Shown here piece by piece: positions 48,163 through 56,641 of a DNA stretch of 56,641 nucleotides. A program made the position numbers and the translations under genes. Every line of letters begins with the position of its first letter. Within the stretch, counting starts at the first letter, position 1. Source of the DNA: Guillardia theta CCMP2712 (lineage: Eukaryota; Protista; Cryptophyta); NCBI RefSeq assembly GCF_000315625.1, contig NW_005434546.1, positions 45,943 to 102,583 of the forward strand. The letters are read 5' to 3'. Below the pieces are notes generated by a model that was not told the DNA's origin, did not search any database, and worked only from the letters and a program-made list of their open reading frames with translations.

Positions 48163-51100
48163 ATGTACACATTGCACGCAGGTATGTATCAAGGGGGCGC
48201 CATCAGGAAAGTCCAAAAAGTAACGGATCGTGATCAGTTCAGTCAGTACGAGGAAGAAGACGAACAGAATGGATTAGAAAAATCTGGCGGCAAAGAGATG
48301 CGGTATCTTTCTAGCTCCCACCCTCACAACAACAATCGTAGCACAGCAAATCTTTTCGAATTGAGACGTCGGCGGTGGCAGCAGAATGCTGTTGAAAGGG
48401 CTACGTATAGGAAGACATGGGCATCGGATGATAGCACATGCATCTTGCTCCAGGTAAGTTTGCTCTTGACTTCACCTCTTCTCCTCTGCTCTCTCGGGAC
48501 GTCCCGACGGCCCCCGCCAGTCGGGAAGAAAGCTGTTAGGTCCCTCCAACAGAAACGACTGAACTAGAATGTATGGAACCCTTGCAATGCGAGTAGAGGA
48601 GGACGAGGACGAGGACGAGGACGAGGAGGGGGAGGGGGAGGGGGAGGGGGAGGAAGAAGGGAAGGGGAAAGAGCAGTACTAGTGATTGAGCTAGAGTGAT
48701 TGAGAGGAGAGCGGATAGTTTATATGATCTGTTCAATTTGCTCACATCTTGAGAAACTGCAGGCCAACCCTCACTGACGTCTTCTATGCAGATGTTGCTG
48801 AAGGTTCGGATGAGTGATTGAGGCGAGCATGGAAGAGCTGTCTGCCAGCCTGACTGAAGGCCTGGAGGTAAGAACCTGCGCATGCCATGGAAGATGCCTT
48901 GCTCACCCTTGTGAAGCACTTCTCCGACCTCTCCTCCATCCACAGCTTCTCCTCTGAACCCGAGGACCCCTGGCTCAAGAGACTCGTCGAGGTGAGTTGA
49001 CCTCTGACCTGCTGTCATGACAAGCGTTGAACTGTTTGCTTCATTGCAGAAGTCCAACCTTCAGCTAGACCTGCATCGGCGACATGCTGGGCTGGGGTCA
49101 GAGGGCGGCCGTCAGGAGGTGGGGAGAGAGAGATTTAGGAGCAAGGACGACATCGGATGGAGAGGCGCGTCAAGATTTCTAGAGTGGGACGGAGACACCA
49201 AAGTCTCCTCGAGCATCGAGAGGACCGCGACGTCTTCCGTCAACGTCAGGAGGGCCCCGCAAACCTCTCATGCTCCTTCTAAGAGGGTCAGCAGCGCCGA
49301 CCGCAGCTTCAACGAGTCTGTCGAGTGGAGGATCCTTGACGGGGAGATCATGCACTGCGGGAGGAAACTGAACTGCTCTCTGCTCTACCATCCGACCCGC
49401 CACGTCACCATGGAGTTCGTCCACAGCTCTCCTGACCACTTCTTCCTACAGCTGGAGGAGGGAGGAGAGTTGTTCTACTGCACCCGAGAAGCGCGTGTGC
49501 GGCCCGCAGTCGGAGGGTTCAAGAGCGAGAAGCTGCTGCGGGAGCTACGAGCAGGAGGAGGAAGAAGAGCGACTGAGGTAGTGACGGAAAGGGCTCGATA
49601 CAGAACTTGGAGGATCAAAGTTGACGTTTCGCACGCCTACATGTTCAACACGTGGAACAGAGATCTGCGGATACACCTGCTGCATGAAGGTTTTGTTATG
49701 CTGGGAGTTGGCGCGGATTCACAATCGATTGTCTACGTCGAGGGCGCCAAGATGCAATGGCTGCCTCTGTCAGAGGGGAAGAAATTCGTCCGAAACCACT
49801 TCCCTCTATCTCAGAGTGAGTGTAAGATCAAGACGCTGGGAGCCAGAGACTTCGATGCTGCGCCGGGGACCAGCATGAAGGGCTCGCAGCGCTGAAGGAG
49901 TGCTTGCAGGAGAGCATGCAGCGGCTGGCGAGCATGGAAGAGTGAGTTCGGACAGTGTGTGAGTGAGTTGACCTGGGGGCAGGAAGCAGGATGCTTACCT
50001 TAACCACCTGCTCGATGAAGGGGATGCAAAATTCTGTCGGGCATCCGAGGAGCTGGACAAGGAGCTTGCTCTCGGGAAGAGCCTGTCGTCGTTCGAGAGG
50101 AAGAACAAGCGGGTGGAGCTGGTCGAAGTTGTCACAGAAAATGAGGTGAACTCTCCTCCTCCTCCTCCTCCTCCTCCTCCTTATCCTCATCCTCCACCAC
50201 CATACCATCACCATCACTACCTCCTTCTCCTCCTCCTCCTCCTCCTCCTTATTCTGCGCAGGTGGCGGGAGGAGGATGCTCTACAGAGCTGGCGTTCTGT
50301 ATTGAGCGGGTGAGGAGGGTATGCGAGCAAGGGAAGCACCGGACAAGGATGGTCTTCTTCTTCAGAAAGAGCTACCACTCCTTCTCCGACATCTTGCTGC
50401 ACCTCAGCATGCAGCTCGGGTCCGGGTTGTTCACAAGGGAGGGGATCATGGAGATGGTGGGAGAGGCGTGCGAGGAGGGGTCGTGGAGGTCGATTGCGAT
50501 GCTCCTCAGGAGGATCATTCTTGCTTTGCTCGCAACGGACACGCGCGTGTACGTCATCGTTGACAACTGCAGCAGGACAGAGAACCGTCTATTCAACATG
50601 ACGCTAAGGATGCTGAGAGGGGAGCTGCAACCATGGAAGTACCCGCTGAGCAAGGACGGGCTCGTTCGGTTCGTAGCCAGCGGGAAAGAGCTGAAGATCT
50701 TCGGCTACGGTGTGCTCCTGCGCACTATTGCGCTGAAACCTCTGCAGAAGGAGGCGCGGGGAGGGTTGGTGGAGTACCTGCTGAAAGACAAGCTGGTTGC
50801 TGCCAGGCACCTCGAGAGTCTGACAGGAAAGAACGAGGCTGGGCGAGCGTTGTACCTCAGGGCTGCTGCTGATATCATCAGATGCTTCGGATGCTTCGAG
50901 CTAAGTGAGGACGCGATAGAGAGTTTGCCAGACAGTTTGGAGGATCTTTACATGAAGACGATTGAGATGTTGGAGATGAAACACGGGAGTGATTTGATAG
51001 AAAGGACGTTTGCTGCGATCAGTGCTGGAAAGAGACTGCACCTAACAAGTCTGCAGACGGTGATTGGAGACGGTGACGAACAAAGGCTGAAGAGTCTGAA

Positions 51101-53468
51101 GGAATCGTTGCTCTCGCTGTTGAGGCTTCCCCCAGAAGAAGAGGTGCTGTTTGTTGACGACGAAGAACTTCAAAGATGCATCGGCAAACGGTACTCCGGC
51201 AACGTCGCACAGTTGCGGGAGGAGGAGCAGAAGAGAAGGCAGAAGGAGGCAGCAAGACTGTCGGAGAGGCTGGCAAGTTGCAACTTTTTGGTGGTTGACG
51301 CAGTGAACGGAGAAGTTGGCTTCAACAGTCTTGAGAGAGCTGTGGAGGAGACAGGATGGGACGATGCGATTGTTGTCCAGTGCAAGAGGTACGAGGTGTC
51401 AAACACTATCAAGATCACAAAGAATCTCACAATCCGGGCGGATGGGGAGAGGAGAGGAGCTGAGGTCAGGATTGCCCTTGGTAGGACTGCGCTGGAGGTG
51501 ATGGAGAGCAAGGACGGGAGGGCAGTAAAGCTCACCCTGCAAGACGTGCGGGTGAAGCAGGTGGGGAACGAGACAGTCGAAGTCCCCACGTGCATCGCGG
51601 TAGGGCCCAGCTGCTCGCTCCAGCTAACCAGGGCCAGCGTGACGAGTGTGTTTGGGGTCGGACTTATCAGCTCTTCCGCCCTGATCACCATGGAGCAGAC
51701 CTTGTTCTTCCAGTGCGGTCGTGCTGGGGTCGTGCTGGAGAAGAGGAGCAAGTGCAGTATGAGGCGATCGCACGTGATGGTGAACCCCCTTGACGAGGTT
51801 CCTGACCGGCTGGGCCCGCTGTACCAGCTCTTCCTGCACTTTTGCGAGACCAAGTTCACCAGCGGGAACCGGCTGAGCGGGATGGGGAAGAGGAGCGTCA
51901 CTCTTGACTTCTCAGAGTTTCTCGCCATGATGAAGTCGCTCGAGGTCGAGCTGGACAAGACAACTCTCTCCTCTGCCTTCCAGCGGGCAAACTCAGACGC
52001 GCTGTCGGACAAGGATCGCAACGAGATGAACTGGAACGAATTCAAGCTCGTCCTCAGAGACCTCTGCGTGCTGGGCAACAAGCAGCAGGTGCTGGGGATC
52101 GACCTCGACGAGCTCGAGCTGCAGGCCCACAAGCTGTCGGACCGATGGGTGCGAGCCAACGCGGTGGAGGTGACGGGAGGCAGCGAGCTGACCATGGAAG
52201 ACTGCGAGCTTGCAAACGCGATGCATGGCGTGCTTGTCATGCTGGGCTCGTCGCTGACCTGCCATGGCTGCAGCTTCCACTACTGCGGGCGAGAGAACGA
52301 CTCAGCTGCTGTCACCTCCCGCCATGCTCGCACCTCCTGCCTCCTCTCTGACTGCCGCTTCCTCTTCAGCGAGAACAACGGGGTGCAGGCAGAGGCAGGG
52401 AGCAGGTGCGAGCTGAAGGACTGTACCTTGTCCTCCTCCCAACGCAACGGCATCACGGCACTGGGAGCACAGACGAGGGTCGAGGTGCGAGGAGGAGCGA
52501 TCAGTGGGTCCGTCAAATGTGGGATCAGCGCGAGCCAGCGAGCGTCGGTGCTCGTGGAGGGGACGAGGATCGAGCGATCGATGGCGGCGGCTGTGTCAGT
52601 GACAGCGGCAGAGACGACGGTGGAGCTGGTAGGAAGCACGTTGGAAAAGAATGGGCGAGGGATCGTCTGCGAGAGGGAGGGGACGGTGCTGCTGTCGGGG
52701 ATGGAGGTATCAGGGGAGGAGATCGAATGCTCCAGGAAGGGGGTAGTAGAGTACCTGCGCGCCGAGGAGGGGCCTCTGCAGTACCAGCAGGTGGTGGGGA
52801 AGGAGAGCGCGAGGAGGCGGTCAAGCATCTCCCTGCGGGGAGAGAGGAAAGAAGGCTGTGTGGATCGGATCAAACGTTTCTTTGCCAAGATCTTCACGAA
52901 TGTAGCGGAGGCGTACGTGGTTATGAAGCAGCGACGAGGTAGAGGGGAAGCTGTGAAAGAGGCTCCTGACTCAGTTGCAGGAGACATCCTGACCATGCAG
53001 GAGCTTGCTCAAGGGCTGGAGGCGCTGGGGGTAGAGGAGAACATGGGGGCGTTGGAGGCGGAGCTGGCCGGCAGGCGGCTGATGGAGAGCAGGGAGATGA
53101 GCGCTTACAGCTTCGTCTGCGCGTTCCAGTGGCACGAGAGCAGCGCCTTCGAGGGAGGGCTGTGGGAGTCAGCGATCATCGACGCGAGGAGGAACAAGCG
53201 GCAGCTGATGACGAGGCTGCTGCGAACGACGGGGATCAAGGAGCTAGCTCCTGCTCCTCCTCCTCCTCGCTTCCACGTGCTGCAATCCAACCTGTTGGCA
53301 AGGGTGAGGAGGAGGAAGGACTTTTCCAAGCAGATAAGGACGAGGATGCTCAGCGGAGATCGCAGCAAGGAACGATCGCAGGGCATACAGCTTGTGCATG
53401 GAGGACAAGCGTACAAAGGATGGGAGGAGTACAGGCGCATGCGACGCTCTACCTCCAGCAGCCCTTGA
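48163..53468 (+). CDS. Large multi-exon protein: degenerate NACHT/STAND-like NTPase region, right-handed beta-helix repeats and EF-hand-like insert (start uncertain)
   Basis: Degenerate P-loop (VAGGGCST), Walker-B-like VYVIVDNC, GRALYL..LPDSLEDLY..IEMLE; beta-helix repeats (LTMEDCEL, CELKDCTL); EF-like LDFSEFLAMM and DKDRNEMNWNEFKLVL. ORF 49017-49895 joins downstream through an intron at about 49816-49889. Confidence 0.7.
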
Positions 53469-53668
53469 CCTCCTCAGAGTTGCGGCGAGCAGCCTAGAGC
53501 TCCTCCTTGGCAGACGCTCTCCTCCTCTATGAAATAAACTTGAGGGCACTGCCACCTCCTTCTCAGCTGAGCCCCAGCTCCCGCCTGTCAGTCTGTTAGC
53601 TCGGCCCACTCACTCCAAACCCCCACAAAGACTGCTCGAGCTCGAGCTCTCGACGAGTCCTCATGCTC

Positions 53669-54253
53669 TCACGCCATGTGCTCCTCCCTCTTGCCTCCAG
53701 CCTGCAGCATTTTCAGCCCTCCATGCGCCTGCGGCTCTACCAACATCGTCTTCGCCTTGCGCGCGATCTTGAGCCGATGTCGCGCGTATGCTACCATGAA
53801 GCAATCGAGGTAGAAAGACGTGTTAGTCAGATGAGAGAACAGCAGCACATGGCCTGAACCTGAGGACCTGGGTAGGAGGAGCAAGCGCTCGATTTCTTCC
53901 TGCACCAGCACTAGGAGCTTGCGAGGAAAGGGCCTCGTCCTCTTGGAGATGGACGCGAGACGAGGGAAGGGCCTGACAGATGTGTGCTTGAGCTGCTTGA
54001 GCGGGGAGCTAGTCGGAGGCGGAGAGGACGAAGAGGAGGAAGAGGAGAGCGGAGGAGCAGACTCAGGGACACTAAGCGCTTCTTGCGAAGCTTCAGAAGT
54101 GACCATGGCGGTGGGAGCGCAACGAGCAGCCTGGTCGTGCATGGGGTTGGTCTGTGACTGGTACAAGGAGGAGGAGGAAGGAGGAGGAGGAGGAGGAGAA
54201 AGCGCGTGTAGACTAGGGAGGTAGAGGAGGAGCAAGAACACGGGAACGAGCAT
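53669..54253 (-). CDS. Hypothetical protein with signal peptide and Pro/Ser-rich region (3' end uncertain)
   Basis: MLVPVFLLLLYLPSLHA-LSPPPP; divergent from the ankyrin gene. Confidence 0.5.
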   Translation of the reverse strand: MLVPVFLLLLYLPSLHALSPPPPPPSSSSLYQSQTNPMHDQAARCAPTAMVTSEASQEALSVPESAPPLSSSSSSSSPPPTSSPLKQLKHTSVRPFPRLASISKRTRPFPRKLLVLVQEEIERLLLLPRSSGSGHVLLFSHLTNTSFYLDCFMVAYARHRLKIARKAKTMLVEPQAHGGLKMLQAGGKREEHMA

Positions 54254-54386
54254 GCGGACGGATCTCAGTAGGAATAAAGAGGGTAGTGGGTACCTTGATC
54301 ACCGGTTTGAGTAAAGCAAGGTACTTGGAAAATGGGGGTAGGGGTGATTGCAATGGCTGTTAGGGGTAGTTGCCAAGGAGGGAAAC

Positions 54387-55812
54387 ATGGCTTCAAGATG
54401 GTCAGTTTGGTTGGTGGTTGCCGCAATCATGGCAGGTAACGGAGGAGGAGGAGGAGGAGGAGGAGGAGGAGGGAGGGGGGGGAGGGAGGAGGAGGAGGAG
54501 AAGGAGAGATGACTAGCTTAGGCACTTATGCATGCGTGGAGGGAGGGAGAGGAGCAGGAGCAGGCGGGCAATGTTGTGAGTTGTTTGTTGTGCAAGGGGT
54601 TGGGACGTCGCCGCGCCATCAAGCGTATGGTCACGTGGCAGCGATCAAGAGCATGGTGATGGCCGGTAGACCACGAATGTTTCTCATGCCCCTACAGGTC
54701 CTTCCCAACATGTTCCTGCGAGGAGGATCGGACTCGTCGTCGATGTCAGCGGGTAGGAAACGAACGATATCTTCATGCCTACCTCGCGTTCACGCCATAG
54801 CAGAATCGTCGTTCGAGTCCGAGGTCTCGTTGGATCATCTTCCATATGAAAGGGTGAGACTTTAAGATGCACCTCGTACCGTTGCCCTCAGCCCCCTCCC
54901 TCCTCTCAGTGCTTCCTCCACTTCCTGCTTCCTCCCCTCCTCCTTGCTCCCTCAGAGCTCCTAAGTCTCGTCCTCTTGCTCAAGCTCTGCATCGCTCCTG
55001 ACTCTTAGCTAAGTACGGCATGACGGTCCCGGAGAACGAGCACATGCTCAAGCCTACCAAGGTTGGTGTGATGGAGGCGCCAGACGTTGGCTGACAGGAT
55101 GCGAAGCTGGACGCGATCAATGCAGATCCCTACATCGGGAAGTGGGGATGGACGGGGATACATAGAGCAGCAGTGCTGGTGAGCGCTGAGATGCAAGGAG
55201 AGGGAGGGAGAAGGAGCGGGAAGGAGAAGGGGAAAGGAAGGGGAAGGAAAATGGGTGGAGGGGAGAGGAGGAGGAGGAGGAGGAGGAACTGACAGCTGGC
55301 AGAATGACACGGAGACCTTGGAGAAGATGCTGAGTATGGGAGGCGATCCGAATGTTGCGACGGACAATGGTTGGACGCCATTGCATGAAGCAGCTTCAGA
55401 AGGGTGGGGATACCGGGACCCTTCGAGCGACTCTTCTTCCCTTCCTGCCTTCCTCGCTCCCTCGCCTCCCTCCCCTCCCTCTTTTCCTCTCCCGTTCCCT
55501 CCTTCTTCTTTGTCCCCCCTCCCTTCCTTGCTCCCTTCCTCCATCCTTCGCTCGACGTCTCCTTCTCCCCTGACGCGCTCAATGAGCAGGTGGACGGAAG
55601 TAGTCAAGCTATTGGTGTCCTACGGAGCTGACGTCTTGCAACTTGTCGCTCTGCTCCCCTCACACCCCGCAGGTCAATAAGACAACCCACACTGGATGGT
55701 CAGCGCTGCACTTCGCGGCAGGGAGCGGACACCTGGAGATGGTGAGGGCGCATGCCAGGAGGAACAGGAGAAAGAGAAGGAGGAGAAGGAACAGGCACAG
55801 GAACATGAGATT

Positions 55813-55881
<69 letters not shown>

Positions 55882-56510
55882 ATCTGACGAGGAGAGGATA
55901 GGTGAAGCTGCTGGTGAAGCTGGGAGTGGACAAGAACTGGAGGGACAGCTATGGTATGTCAGAGCTGCTCTAGTCGAGGATGACATGGCTGCCAGGCGAC
56001 CTGCCCATAGACAAGGCCCTCAGAAATGCACAGCAGAGATTTCCTTCGCTCCCTGTCCGCGCACCGCCCTCGTTCAATACGACAGAGGTGGGACAGGAGG
56101 GGAGGCGAGAGGGAAGGGAGGGGAGAGAGGAGAGGAGGAAGAAGGGGAGAATGGGAAAGAGGGAGGGAGAGGAGGAGGGAGAGGAGGGAGAGGAGGGAAG
56201 GGAATGACTGTTGCGTGAAACAGAAGAAGGAAGTTTACTACGAGGTTGCAAAATATCTCAACGATGGGAAAGACACCGATGAAGGTGTGATGTGCATTCT
56301 CAACTCTCTTCCTCCTCGTCCCCCTTCTGCTCCCCTCTCCCTCCTTCCTTCTTGCCTCCCTCTAGTCGATCCTCTTGTCAGCTCCTCCAACCACCTGCCC
56401 TCCCTCCCCCTCTCCTCAAACTCTTTTGGCAGTTCCATCCGAGGATCGCTTCAGTATCTACGCACCCATTCTCCCTGGAAGAATCCACTCATACGACGTT
56501 GGGATCAATG
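54387..56510 (+). CDS. Ankyrin-repeat protein with signal peptide and LRGG leader, multi-exon, probably continuing past the right edge
   Basis: Exon 1 MASRWSVWLVVAAIMA|G; ankyrin repeats GWTGIHRAA, NGWTPLHEAASEG|WTEVVKLLVSYGADV, TGWSALHFAAGSGHLEM|VKLLVKLGVD. Confidence 0.85.
55813..55880. repeat. (CAGGAG)n hexanucleotide repeat, intronic
   Basis: Read directly from the sequence; lies between ankyrin exons. Confidence 0.9.
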
Positions 56511-56641
56511 TAAGCATACCCGAGTCTCTAGAACTGACTCTCTCTTACTTCCTCTTGTCTCGTTCCACCCTCCCTCCCTCGTCCTCCTCCTCCTCTCCCT
56601 CTCTCTCTCTCTCTCTCTCTCCTCCTCCTCCCTCCCTCCCT

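Noticed and set aside
55643-56218. RS-domain (SR splicing factor-like) ORF
   Set aside because: The RS run is a translation of an intronic (CAGGAG)n repeat between ankyrin exons.

Overview
Eukaryotic nuclear DNA: gene-dense, with many GT-AG introns of about 50 bp and purine- or pyrimidine-rich microsatellites inside introns. Intron size, several RWP-RK genes and an AxAF bipartite plastid leader point to a cryptophyte alga such as Guillardia (inference, not a database match). The window holds about 19 spliced genes: an IP3/ryanodine-receptor-family channel (5' part only), a MORN protein, a beta-helix protein with TPG repeats, a PDZ-C2 protein, three RWP-RK factors, TAP42/IGBP1, a Spinster MFS transporter, a bHLH(-PAS-like) factor, a plastid DnaJ, a degenerate NACHT/beta-helix/EF-hand protein, an ankyrin protein and several hypotheticals. 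Most notable observations: (1) three unrelated signal-peptide proteins carry a ubiquitin-C-terminus-like LRGG at the end of their leaders; (2) GC-rich islands packed with micro-palindromes sit upstream of gene starts, and one inverted repeat appears to capture palindrome-forming insertions in one arm; (3) a decayed Crypton-like (tyrosine-recombinase transposon) region keeps its C-terminal half as an intact 457-aa ORF with a 33-bp VNTR; (4) a shared motif lies upstream of all three RWP-RK genes; (5) the IP3R-like channel lacks most canonical IP3-binding residues. Exon boundaries and family assignments were made by eye from remembered motifs; no searches were run.
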